64,000 bases of DNA from a virus, in the IMG/VR virus record IMGVR_UViG_3300037510_000343; one strand, 5' to 3'. Within the stretch, counting starts at the first letter, position 1; each line of letters begins with the position of its first letter. The notes under the pieces were generated by a model. It was not told where the DNA came from, made no database searches, and saw only the letters and a list, made by a program, of their open reading frames with translations. Of this stretch, positions 22,275 to 31,522 are shown one piece after another. The position numbers and the translations under genes are program-made.

Positions 22275-22305
22275 GGTCTGGGAGGTTAATCTCTCAGACC
22301 TTTTT
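22275..22305 (+). terminator. intrinsic terminator after Ubl-2
   Basis: GGTCTGGGAG-GTTAAT-CTCTCAGACC followed by TTTTT. Confidence 0.75.
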
Positions 22306-22316
22306 ATTGTCCAAAT

Positions 22317-23237
22317 ATGGAGATAGGTATGAGATTAGTTAGTGGACAAAGAATTAAGATTGAAACAATTCCTCCTTATGGAAATTATATTTGCAAGGAT
22401 ATTACGCCAGAACCAAATGGGTTAGATATAAGTTGTTTAAACTCGCTAGAACCCAACCCACAACTGCCAAAGATTCCCCGAGCACTATTTCAGAAACTCG
22501 GAAAGTTTTTCTATGATTATGCCAGCAAAAACCTAGAAGTACATGCCAGGGTAGTATTTAATCCCACCAATAATGAGTTCCGGGTGTTTGTTCCTACACA
22601 AACTATTGCTGGTGCTAGTGTTGAGGAATTTGACTACACGCAAGCTGTAGATCTGGAAACGGGTGAGTCAGTATCCCTGCCACATCGAAATTACGTAACG
22701 TTATGGCAGTTTCATGTGCATCCATTTCATATGCCAGGGCCATCTGGCATTGATGATAATGGATTCCCTGGACGACCAGGAACAGGTGAATTAGATCGCC
22801 CTGGGGGATACGGGATTTTTAGTTGTTGGCGTAAACAAGACGGATATCAAAGCTACACTTTACGTTGCACAGTAGTTGTGTCTGATGGTTTTCAGTCTTG
22901 CAACAAACGACTGGCAATTCCTACAGATTCTGTAGTTGAAGGTGTTAGCGACGGGGAATGTATTCGGGTATACAACGCTAGGTATCACGAAAACGCTCAC
23001 TCTGTGATAAGTCAGTACGTGCCAAAACCAGTCACACAGTACTTAACTACTGCCCCACATCAACCTCACAATATTCAAGGAATCGACGCTCGATATTGGG
23101 ATTGGAATGTAAAATATTCGCCAATCACACTGGAGGGTATTATTTCGGACTATTCTCTACAAGAGATTTTGGCTGTACTGGCTGAAAAACACAGCAAAGC
23201 AGAAATTTTAGATCTACTTAACCAGGTAGAGGAATAA
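22317..23237 (+). CDS. JAB/JAMM metallopeptidase (Prok-JAB, PRTRC protein A-like)
   Basis: LPKIP..L, upstream Glu (LEVHARV), exact JAMM spacing H-x-H-x7-S-x2-D (HVHPFHMPGPSGIDD). Confidence 0.85.
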   Translation: MEIGMRLVSGQRIKIETIPPYGNYICKDITPEPNGLDISCLNSLEPNPQLPKIPRALFQKLGKFFYDYASKNLEVHARVVFNPTNNEFRVFVPTQTIAGASVEEFDYTQAVDLETGESVSLPHRNYVTLWQFHVHPFHMPGPSGIDDNGFPGRPGTGELDRPGGYGIFSCWRKQDGYQSYTLRCTVVVSDGFQSCNKRLAIPTDSVVEGVSDGECIRVYNARYHENAHSVISQYVPKPVTQYLTTAPHQPHNIQGIDARYWDWNVKYSPITLEGIISDYSLQEILAVLAEKHSKAEILDLLNQVEE

Positions 23238-23241
23238 TGGA

Positions 23242-24009
23242 ATGGTATTAGTCACAACTCCTCCTAATGTTACGGGGATCTTAGTATCCCCCGAAGAAGA
23301 TTACACTAGGCGAAAATTCATAATACTTTGTGAAAGTATTGATGTAAGGTTTCAGATCCAAGAGCGCTACGTATCCGATGCATTTTACTACGAACATTGC
23401 AGATCATGTGAGTACCGAATTCATGACAAGTGTATTGGCGGCAAGCAAGTTGTATTGAATAGGAGTTGTGCAATAGGTCTGGACAGGGAAACTCGTACGA
23501 TGTACGTGCCAAAAACTATTCCCCCACACGTTGTTCGTGTTAGTCCTTATGGAGAGTATTCACTCTTTTTTGTGGAAGAAGCTACAGATACTGATTTTGT
23601 TTTAGCTCCATTACTATTGGGCAATGTAACTACATACGGGTCATTGTGCGGTGGTGACATGCGTGTATCTCGCTACAACTTTGTAGCGTATTACGAAGCA
23701 ATTTGGTCTTTAGTTTGGACTGGGGATTATAGATACTTTCGTGGTGCAAGTCAGAAAACAATTACAGAAAATTGGTCGCCCGAATGGCAAAGAGAGAATT
23801 ACGACTCACCCCACAGTTACAATAACTTATTTGTAAAATCATCTGAACTTCTTGATGTGAACTCTTTAGAGTCTTGCATATTTCTTAGTCCGGGGAGTTA
23901 CGATATTTTAAATGCAGACACACTGTCCGCTAGACAGACCAGCACTTTATTAGACGACGGTTATATCGGATTAAATTCTCGTACGCTCGTTAAATCAAAT
24001 GGAACTTAA
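23242..24009 (+). CDS. putative prokaryotic E2-like conjugating enzyme (Prok-E2_D/PRTRC B-like)
   Basis: LAPLLLGNVTTYGSLCGG resembles the E2 P..NV...G..C catalytic signature; sits between JAB and E1; extra Cys cluster CRSC...C...C. Confidence 0.6.
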   Translation: MVLVTTPPNVTGILVSPEEDYTRRKFIILCESIDVRFQIQERYVSDAFYYEHCRSCEYRIHDKCIGGKQVVLNRSCAIGLDRETRTMYVPKTIPPHVVRVSPYGEYSLFFVEEATDTDFVLAPLLLGNVTTYGSLCGGDMRVSRYNFVAYYEAIWSLVWTGDYRYFRGASQKTITENWSPEWQRENYDSPHSYNNLFVKSSELLDVNSLESCIFLSPGSYDILNADTLSARQTSTLLDDGYIGLNSRTLVKSNGT

Positions 24010-24877
24010 AAACACTACTGTCTACATTGTTGGTGTTGGTGGCACCGGCGGCAGGTTGTGCGAACTACTTGCCGATTACATCTCTTTCTCTAACAACAAA
24101 CCTCGACGGTTAGTATTGGTAGATGATGACAAAGTAGAAGAGCGCAATGCCGAAAGACAGTGCTTTGATCGCTTAGATGCTGGCAAATACAAAGTGGAAG
24201 TAATGAAAAACCGGCTTATAGCAAGGTCGGGATTTGGCAATATTGAAGCTCTCCCAGTAAGATTTACCCCCGAGACATTGCCTCATGACTTGGGCATCAT
24301 GAGCAATCAAGATGCCTCTGTGGCCATACTAATTTGTGTTGATTCTGCACGAGCACGCAACGCTATCTGGTCTGAGATGATCGGGCGATTTGACCCACAA
24401 AAAAGACAATACATAGAGTCCGAAATAAAATATAAGGGGAATTTTATGATTGTCGATGGTGGGAATACAACCTACACCGGGCAAGTAACAACATGCCTTC
24501 GTATGAAATGCGATGAGTTTGAATGTATTCTGGGTCAAGATCCCAGAGTTTTATTCGAGAATGTGCGAAACGCTGATCCTACTGTGATGGGATGTGCAGC
24601 GGCTCCAGAAGAACAAGTGCAGCAGACTGTAATGGCAAATATGCAAGTCGCCACCTGTATGTTCAATGAATTTATTGCGGCAATAAATACGCATTCATTT
24701 TACCCATTAGTTAAGTTTGATTTGGAACAACGGGTGATGTTTCCAGTTGGCACCAAATGCGACTTAAAAGAAGAGTATTTGAGATACCTCAAAGAAAAAG
24801 CTGAGCAACTCGAAGCTCAATCGCACCCCATTGAATCTGCCCTTCCAGAAGTAAACGTTAGTCAAGAGCAAGAATAA
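23999..24877 (+). CDS. ThiF/E1 family Ubl-activating enzyme
   Basis: IVGVGGTGG, LVDDDKVEERNAERQ, GKYKVE, ICVDSARAR, VDGGN, candidate catalytic Cys in VMGCA, Q..MAN..VA. Confidence 0.9.
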   Translation: MELKNTTVYIVGVGGTGGRLCELLADYISFSNNKPRRLVLVDDDKVEERNAERQCFDRLDAGKYKVEVMKNRLIARSGFGNIEALPVRFTPETLPHDLGIMSNQDASVAILICVDSARARNAIWSEMIGRFDPQKRQYIESEIKYKGNFMIVDGGNTTYTGQVTTCLRMKCDEFECILGQDPRVLFENVRNADPTVMGCAAAPEEQVQQTVMANMQVATCMFNEFIAAINTHSFYPLVKFDLEQRVMFPVGTKCDLKEEYLRYLKEKAEQLEAQSHPIESALPEVNVSQEQE

Positions 24878-25545
24878 TGAACCAACTACTATACGACCGC
24901 TTAATTGCACAAGGCTTAAATGAAGAGACGGCTAGTGCTTTAGCTGCCGAATTCGTGAATACAAAACCAGTGTCGCAAAAGTCCAAACCTACTCTCGGTG
25001 CTTGGGCAGATAAATACGCGGACACTAATATCCGGCTGAGACTTCAAGCCGTGATGACCTTAATCTCTACATTGGGAATTACCGTTTCGACTGAGATGGT
25101 CAATGAATTAAAGCAAGTGGAAAAAGCCCCGCTAGAAACATTGCGACGATTAAGTCAGCTAATGGATAGTAAATGGATTCCACAACGAGATGCGGGAGGT
25201 AAGCTTTCTAAGTTAGTTGATGAATTGCTAGGCACAAAATCCAGCCCCGAACCTACCACAAACAACCCCGAAGTAGATGAGTTGCTAAATCTAGTTAGTA
25301 GTGTGACAAGTGTGGAGAAAGTCAATGATAATACTTTTGCTGTCGAGATAGTTCCTCAGACTGAAGAGACTGTTGATACGGAAGAGATGTCCGAAATAAA
25401 TAGTGATGGTGATAAGGAAGACGGGATAGTAGAAATTCTCACAGAAGAAGACGAAGAGATTATTATGCACATGGTAGGTATGCCAGTACCCCCAAAACCG
25501 CTTAGCACATCTAGTGAAGAAATAGATATTACCAAGTTCATGTAA
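24877..25545 (+). CDS. hypothetical protein with an acidic disordered C-terminus (coupled to E1)
   Basis: Start overlaps the E1 stop (TAATG); Glu/Asp-rich tail. Confidence 0.65.
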   Translation: MNQLLYDRLIAQGLNEETASALAAEFVNTKPVSQKSKPTLGAWADKYADTNIRLRLQAVMTLISTLGITVSTEMVNELKQVEKAPLETLRRLSQLMDSKWIPQRDAGGKLSKLVDELLGTKSSPEPTTNNPEVDELLNLVSSVTSVEKVNDNTFAVEIVPQTEETVDTEEMSEINSDGDKEDGIVEILTEEDEEIIMHMVGMPVPPKPLSTSSEEIDITKFM

Positions 25546-25593
25546 CTGTGTGGGGCTAATTATTATACAGATAGTTAGCCCTACTTAAAATCT

Positions 25594-27027
25594 ATGGACA
25601 AAGATCAGTTAACAGATTTTCTACTTAATGCAATAAACGATTATTCACTTGCAGAGATATTACGAACAACTAATGGGGTATTATCTGGAGATTATTTAGG
25701 GGGTTTAATTTTTAATGAGTTATATCAATTAAATATACAGCTCGCTAAACCGACTATTTACAAATTAAATAACGGCAACTACCGCAAAGTGTTTGTTAGT
25801 GATAATTACACAATAATAGAGATACAGCAAGATACTCCGTTTAATTACACTAATTTTAATAGTATTTTAGCTGAGTTCGATAGTGACACTAATAATTTAA
25901 AGGTAACTATTGATAACTCTTTCATAGAATTAATTCAAACAAAACAACTAGAGATAACAAGGTTTAATCCGCTAGGAAAAGCATTAGTAGAACTAATTAG
26001 ATTATCTAACACTTACAAAGGTGTGCTATACGCAGACATCAATAAAGCCATAGCTATGCTTAATGACTTAACCAGTGTAGTTAATTTCAAAAACTTGGCT
26101 ATATCCTACAAAGATGTGGAAACAGTTAAGTCAATAAATTACTTAGATATAGAAGAAATAATTCCAGTAGACTATCCAGGTACAACAATACCCGTAATAA
26201 AACTGCCCAAGAGTAACTTACTATCTCCTTACTTACTTAACGCAATTAAAGGTTTAGGGGGTGTAAATTGCTTTAATAGATATTTGATGGTAGTAAAGTA
26301 TCTGTATGGTAGTGGGGTTAAAAAGTCTACTAGAGAAACAAGATTAATAGTTCTGGATTATCCAGAACTAGTCTCTTTTGCGTTACTTACACCTAATTAT
26401 CTAGACAATTTACCCAACAATTGGAAAGCCAAATTACCAGCATTAAACAAGTTTTTAGGTGAACACAATTTATTGCCTATTTTTTCAGGGAAAACATTAC
26501 CGGAACAAATTAGGTTGTTAGATGAACTTAGACAGTTAATTAAACAATATGGTCTGTGGATAATAGGCTTATTGGAACAACACCTACATCATTACCAATA
26601 CAACAAACAAGAGTTCATCAAACTAATTGAGTTCAAGAAGCTAGAAAATTCTAAGTGGTTAGTTAAGCCACTTAAATTACCAGAACTACCTTTCGGTTTA
26701 AAGTCTACTTGGAAGGTAGTCGAGCTACATACTCGCCAGCAATTAATCCAAGAAGGCGAATATCAACGACATTGTGTGGGAGGTTACACAGTGTCCGAAA
26801 CACATAGAATATGGTCACTAAGGAAAGACAATCTTAGATACACAGTAGAGGTAAGTTATTACAATTCTACCTGGCGAGTAAATCAAGCCCGTGGTAGACA
26901 CAATTCCCGCATAGAAAGTTATGACGAGGTAACGCAACGAGACCTAAATATACTTGTTACTTGGTTGATTAGTTCAATTCCACGTCCTGCTGATAGTATA
27001 CTCACCATTCGTAATCCATTTAATTGA
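25594..27027 (+). CDS. PcfJ-like domain protein
   Basis: C-terminal EL.T..QL..EGEYQRHCVGGY...IWSLR...TVEV...QARGRHN. Confidence 0.75.
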   Translation: MDKDQLTDFLLNAINDYSLAEILRTTNGVLSGDYLGGLIFNELYQLNIQLAKPTIYKLNNGNYRKVFVSDNYTIIEIQQDTPFNYTNFNSILAEFDSDTNNLKVTIDNSFIELIQTKQLEITRFNPLGKALVELIRLSNTYKGVLYADINKAIAMLNDLTSVVNFKNLAISYKDVETVKSINYLDIEEIIPVDYPGTTIPVIKLPKSNLLSPYLLNAIKGLGGVNCFNRYLMVVKYLYGSGVKKSTRETRLIVLDYPELVSFALLTPNYLDNLPNNWKAKLPALNKFLGEHNLLPIFSGKTLPEQIRLLDELRQLIKQYGLWIIGLLEQHLHHYQYNKQEFIKLIEFKKLENSKWLVKPLKLPELPFGLKSTWKVVELHTRQQLIQEGEYQRHCVGGYTVSETHRIWSLRKDNLRYTVEVSYYNSTWRVNQARGRHNSRIESYDEVTQRDLNILVTWLISSIPRPADSILTIRNPFN

Positions 27028-27036
27028 GGTTTTCTA

Positions 27037-27495
27037 ATGACTAGCAAAAAGCACAATATCGAAATTCTGAAATCTACCTTACTACCTATTATTTCGGACG
27101 AAACAGCATCTCTCTCCATATTGAGAGATGTATATGGAGATGTAGGCTCAGTATTCTTGGAGTACCAAGGTCAAAGTTTAACTCGAACTGGGCTTATGGC
27201 TAAATGGTTCAATGTGTGTCCTACGGCTTTATCTTCCCGAAGACAAGCACATTCTGACTTATTTCTAAAGTTAGGTTGCATGCGTGAAGAAAGTCAAGGA
27301 TTGCGGGGCTTGCTACTTAAGTCTTATAAGTCACACACGGTAGTATGGGGGATGAATCCGAGAGCTGTAGTTTGCTTGTTACTGAATCTTAGTTCAGATT
27401 TCAACAATCTTCTTGGATTATTGCTAGATGTTGAGCTGCCTCCAGCCATTTCGCTAGGTCTACTTGAGGATATGCTAGAACAGAATACACAATGA
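27037..27495 (+). CDS. possible ORF6N/KilA-like DNA-binding protein
   Basis: LEYQGQ..TRT..MAKWFNV...L.SRRQ.H.D.F and PRAV..L pattern. Confidence 0.35.
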   Translation: MTSKKHNIEILKSTLLPIISDETASLSILRDVYGDVGSVFLEYQGQSLTRTGLMAKWFNVCPTALSSRRQAHSDLFLKLGCMREESQGLRGLLLKSYKSHTVVWGMNPRAVVCLLLNLSSDFNNLLGLLLDVELPPAISLGLLEDMLEQNTQ

Positions 27496-27689
27496 TATAA
27501 AGTAATGTAGGGCAATATGTTCAACTCCACCTCGCTAGAATCTCCATACTCCATACAAAAGGAGATACAACAAACCGAAACAGCTTTATCTGGCAAATTG
27601 TCGGAAATGGAACGGTACGCTAAGAGTAGGTACCTTGCCACACTAAGGCAAAAACTTATTCGGTGCCAGGTGAGCAACGCTTGAACAAT

Positions 27690-27715
27690 AAAGGAGGTGT
27701 AACAGCCTCCTTTTT
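27690..27715 (+). terminator. intrinsic terminator
   Basis: AAAGGAGG...CCTCCTTTTT. Confidence 0.65.
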
Positions 27716-27786
27716 ACTAGATAACATCCTATACTAGTAGAACAAAGAGTATTTATGATCCACCTCATTTTCCAACTTAAATCCAA

Positions 27787-28119
27787 ATGCTACGCTACGA
27801 CCAAGTGTGTGTACTCGAAGGTGATCGCGTCAGACAAGTAAACGGAAAAACCCGCATCTATACTGTGGAATTTAGCGAGAGAGAATACGTCTCGCTTTTT
27901 GATGTACCAGGTGTGCTGTTTGACCGAACGACTGGCAGAGTGTCAAGATGTTCCCCAGTAGATCGATTTCCGTTTGACTGGAAAGAGAAACTAACTGAAA
28001 ATTCTGTTATTAGGACTAATGTTAACTGGGACAATAATTCTCGGTTGATATATGCCTGCGCGTTAACAAATAAAGATCTATATAGTAAAGAAGCTATTAA
28101 TGAAGAAAGTACTATTTGA
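27787..28119 (+). CDS. hypothetical protein
   Basis: ORF overlapping the start of the Sak4-like gene. Confidence 0.55.
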   Translation: MLRYDQVCVLEGDRVRQVNGKTRIYTVEFSEREYVSLFDVPGVLFDRTTGRVSRCSPVDRFPFDWKEKLTENSVIRTNVNWDNNSRLIYACALTNKDLYSKEAINEESTI

Positions 28120-29077
28120 AAAAGCCACTCGCAAGAAACTAAAAGCAAGAATTTGTATTTACGGCTTATCAGGCGGGGGCAAAAGTTTCACGGCACTGCA
28201 AATCGCTACGTTGTTGGCTCAGGGTAAGCCAGTAGTGGTGATCGATACCGAGAACGGCACTTCATCAATCTACGCCAAAGGAGACGATGGAGTAGGCTTT
28301 GACTTTGATACACTAATCCTCGACGGGGATTACAGTATGGATACATTGTCGAATGTATTCCAGCAAGCTGAGAATCACGTTGGGGAAGCTGGAGTTATTA
28401 TCGTTGACTCTACTTCCAAGTTCTGGGCAGGAACGGGAGGCGCACTAGACGAAGTTAACAAGCTAACTGGAGGAAACCAAGCCAAAAACCGTGATGCTTG
28501 GAATACAGTAACTCCTAAGATATCAAAAGCAATTGAGGTGTTATCTAGCTCAAAATCGGCGCACGTAATTTGCACATTTCGGTGTAAGTCCGAAACAATA
28601 ATGGAGGAGTACACTGATTTCAGGGGCAAGACAAAAACCAAGTCACTCAAGGTAGGGTTAGCTCCTGTATTTAAGGATGGGATTGAATATGAGTTCGATG
28701 TTGCCTTAGAAGCATCGCTAGTTACCAACAAAGACGGTACTGACAGTCAGGTTATCCGTGTATCGAAACCCCCACGTTTCCGTGAATTTGCAAATCTGAA
28801 TACCTCAATCTTGGGTGACGTGGAAGGTACTACACTGTGGGACGCTGAGTCTTTTGTCAAGACACTACTGTATCGCCTCGATCAAGGTGAAGATCCTCAG
28901 CAAAAACAAAAAGACAAAGCTCGTCAAATGATTGGGGAGTTATTATCCAAATACGAGGAAATCAAGCAAGAAAGTTATCCTAAACCACTCAATCCCGAAG
29001 CTAGTTTGGTAGAGTTACGGGAGTACTACGTAAAGATATTAGAGGAGGTAAAACAACTTGAGTCAGTCCCGCAGTAA
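28100..29077 (+). CDS. Sak4-like AAA_24 ssDNA-annealing ATPase
   Basis: FEKATRKKLKARI, GLSGGGKS, VIDTENG, IIVDSTS..W.G.GG.L, GIEYEFD; followed by SSB and exonuclease genes. Confidence 0.85.
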   Translation: MKKVLFEKATRKKLKARICIYGLSGGGKSFTALQIATLLAQGKPVVVIDTENGTSSIYAKGDDGVGFDFDTLILDGDYSMDTLSNVFQQAENHVGEAGVIIVDSTSKFWAGTGGALDEVNKLTGGNQAKNRDAWNTVTPKISKAIEVLSSSKSAHVICTFRCKSETIMEEYTDFRGKTKTKSLKVGLAPVFKDGIEYEFDVALEASLVTNKDGTDSQVIRVSKPPRFREFANLNTSILGDVEGTTLWDAESFVKTLLYRLDQGEDPQQKQKDKARQMIGELLSKYEEIKQESYPKPLNPEASLVELREYYVKILEEVKQLESVPQ

Positions 29078-29179
29078 ACAATTCGATGTAAGTAATAAAG
29101 AGATTATTATCAAAGGCAAGCCAGTTAAATACGAAGATGTATTTGGCAAGCCAAAACAAAATAAATAAGTAAAAGTATA

Positions 29180-29216
29180 GTCCGAAATAATAAGTCGATA
29201 CCTATTTATTTCGGAC
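29180..29216. repeat. inverted pair of the dispersed motif
   Basis: GTCCGAAATAATAAG-TCGATAC-CTATTTATTTCGGAC. Confidence 0.9.
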
Positions 29217-29253
29217 TCTTAATTTATCTATGTAAATCTAAGACAAGAGTATT

Positions 29254-29633
29254 ATGTCTAATTTAGTTTGATACGATCAAGACGGCTTAGAGTTAGTCAT
29301 TGATAGTGACACCGGTGAAAGTTTTGCAACTATTTCTGGGTATGCTCGGATGGTAGGTAAAGATAAATCAATAATATCTAGAAGATGTCAATCAGTTGCA
29401 GAAGGAGCTATTAAAACGTCTGAAATTCCTACCAGCCAAGGCATACGAACCGTTGCTCAGTATCTCAAACTAAAGAACCTCGAAGGTGATACCCTTTATC
29501 ATAAACTTACCAAAAAAGCAGCTCAATACTACCGTTTTACCCACCAAAGAATAGTAAGCAACAAACAGTGTATCAAGGTAGTGCTATTCTGTATTTAGAC
29601 GAAGCACTCAAATCAGTTCTCGGATTAGCATAA
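29254..29633 (+). pseudogene. degenerate antirepressor-like gene
   Basis: MSNLV*YDQDGLELVIDSDTGESFATISGYARMVG (TGA at 29269). The C-terminal KLTKKAAQYYR and the out-of-frame YLDEALKSVLGLA match the tails of 14342, 37850 and 50692. Confidence 0.7.
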
Positions 29634-29678
29634 GTGTAGGTTTTCATCTATCAATTCACTTTATTTAAGGAACATATA

Positions 29679-30116
29679 ATGTCTACAATCATTAAAGGCG
29701 TTTATCGGATAGCTTTCATTCGTCGCTCAGACAAACTAGCTGTAGTAAACTTTAAAGCAAGTGCGCCAATTGGCAGCAAAGATGCTCAAGGTAAATATGA
29801 GTACGTAAATCTCGAAGTAGCAGCTTGGGGAGAATACTACGTTAAAATGTTCTTCCCTACTGATGATAAATCTCCGCTAATCAAGGAAAAAGATTCGGTA
29901 GATTTAACGTTGAAACTTGAAAAAATTGAGACTTGGGAAGGCAAAGATAAGTCTGGTGTTACTCTTAAAACCAAGTTACTAGATTTAGGCTTGATTTACC
30001 AGCAATCGGATTCATCTAGCGAACCGTCGGCTGACGACTTAGCTGCTGCTACATCGCAAGCATCTAGCAATCCGTCGGTATCAGATGCCGCCAAAGATCC
30101 CACTATTCCCTTCTAA
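29679..30116 (+). CDS. ssb: single-stranded DNA-binding protein
   Basis: OB-fold-like pattern (EVAAWG, IETWEGKD), acidic disordered tail ending DPTIPF, recombination-module context. Confidence 0.7.
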   Translation: MSTIIKGVYRIAFIRRSDKLAVVNFKASAPIGSKDAQGKYEYVNLEVAAWGEYYVKMFFPTDDKSPLIKEKDSVDLTLKLEKIETWEGKDKSGVTLKTKLLDLGLIYQQSDSSSEPSADDLAAATSQASSNPSVSDAAKDPTIPF

Positions 30117-30181
30117 TTTCACTAGGTAAGTAAGCCTCAAGACAAACGGTTAGACTAGTCATTAGTATCTCATTATTACTA

Positions 30182-31093
30182 ATGACTAGTTTTTCTTTTG
30201 ATGACTCGTTTATTACACAGGGCGAAAGTAATGGTGTTCGCCATTATCAAGTACAATCACCGAAACATGGGGCACGGAAGTATCCTAGTGTATCGACATT
30301 AGTAGGAAGTTTCCAGAACAAAGACGGACTGAAACACTGGGCTGAGAGTCTGGGGCGTAACCTAATAACGGAGGAGGAGAAGTCGGCATACTCGACCGAA
30401 ACAATAAGTGAGTTGATTCGTGAGCGAGGTAATGCGGCGGCTAATGAAGTTAAGAATACTGCGGCTAAGCGGGGCACAAAAGTACACCAGTTATGTGAAG
30501 ATTATTTCCAATACAATAGGGTATCTGACGATCCATGCTTTAGACGATTATTGCCATTTTTGCAGATATGCGAACCTATCGCAGTGGAAACAAAGGTGAA
30601 ATGGGAGTGGGAAACTAACGATACGGTAGTAGGTTGGGCCGGTAGATTTGATAACGTTAGTTTAGTTGATGTAAGTAAGTTAGTTACCGATACACAACAA
30701 CCATTAGGCTTGGAACCTGTACCGGCAATAATTGATTACAAGACTTGGAATAAAGTTAAGTACAACAAAGGTCAGACTAAAGACGGTAGTACTTACTATC
30801 CCCTATTAAGTTATTACTTACAACTAACAGCTTATTTGGCAGCATTTAATCAATGTCGTTATTATCCTACCTTGGTTAAAGACTGTTTTTTAGTAGGTGT
30901 TACTGAAACATGTAAAGAAGCTTGGCTATATCACTTATCGCTGCATAAAATCAATCTACTATTTATTGAGTTAAAAAAGATGGTATTAGCTCACAACAAA
31001 TTAGGTAGTTATTCATGGGAAGAATTAGAAGAACAAGCTGAACAAATGTTAGGCGAAAGAGTGTATTTAACTGCCCCTAAATTACCCTTTTAG
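30182..31093 (+). CDS. PD-(D/E)XK exonuclease
   Basis: YPSVSTL, RGTKVHQLCE, AGRFD, IIDYKT, LQLTAY. Confidence 0.85.
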   Translation: MTSFSFDDSFITQGESNGVRHYQVQSPKHGARKYPSVSTLVGSFQNKDGLKHWAESLGRNLITEEEKSAYSTETISELIRERGNAAANEVKNTAAKRGTKVHQLCEDYFQYNRVSDDPCFRRLLPFLQICEPIAVETKVKWEWETNDTVVGWAGRFDNVSLVDVSKLVTDTQQPLGLEPVPAIIDYKTWNKVKYNKGQTKDGSTYYPLLSYYLQLTAYLAAFNQCRYYPTLVKDCFLVGVTETCKEAWLYHLSLHKINLLFIELKKMVLAHNKLGSYSWEELEEQAEQMLGERVYLTAPKLPF

Positions 31094-31100
31094 TTTAGTT

Positions 31101-31520
31101 ATGGAAACAAGAATAGCTGACTTGGTTACATTAAAGAATGTAAAAGTTAACGATGTTATTTATTGGAAGGAATTATCTACGCAACATCTAGTAAGAATAG
31201 ACAGAATTGAATTACCTTCTAAAACAAGACTTATTCCGGTTATTGAGTATGATAAACATCCCAGAGCATTTAGCCAATCAATAGTACGTATAATACACAA
31301 AAGTCTCATTGATCATTCTGTCTTTAGATTTAATCAAACAAATGTGTCAATTAGGTGGACAAATAAACCTTACTTAAAAGGTGACGAATACGTACTGACA
31401 TCGAATAATATATACAACTTAGCCACATCAAAAGAAGTCTTTTATTTACTAGGTCTTGTAGTTCCAGTTATAGACATATTAGAGCCAACAACTCCCGATA
31501 ACTTAAGCTTTGTATTCTGA
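31101..31520 (+). CDS. hypothetical protein ending TPDNLSFVF
   Basis: ORF in the replication operon. Confidence 0.6.
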   Translation: METRIADLVTLKNVKVNDVIYWKELSTQHLVRIDRIELPSKTRLIPVIEYDKHPRAFSQSIVRIIHKSLIDHSVFRFNQTNVSIRWTNKPYLKGDEYVLTSNNIYNLATSKEVFYLLGLVVPVIDILEPTTPDNLSFVF

Positions 31521-31522
31521 AC

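Noticed and set aside
23999..24877. ThiF/MoeB for thiamine or molybdopterin synthesis
   Set aside because: No thi/moa/moe or sulfurtransferase genes nearby; the neighbours are JAB and an E2-like gene, which points to conjugation.
11126..29633. Genome-wide TGA stop-codon reassignment
   Set aside because: Many intact genes (nrdJ, Ubl-2, 14342) end properly at TGA, and long genes are uninterrupted under the standard code.
30182..31093. Cas4 / CRISPR adaptation gene
   Set aside because: Lacks a clear four-Cys Fe-S arrangement and sits in a Sak4-SSB recombination module.
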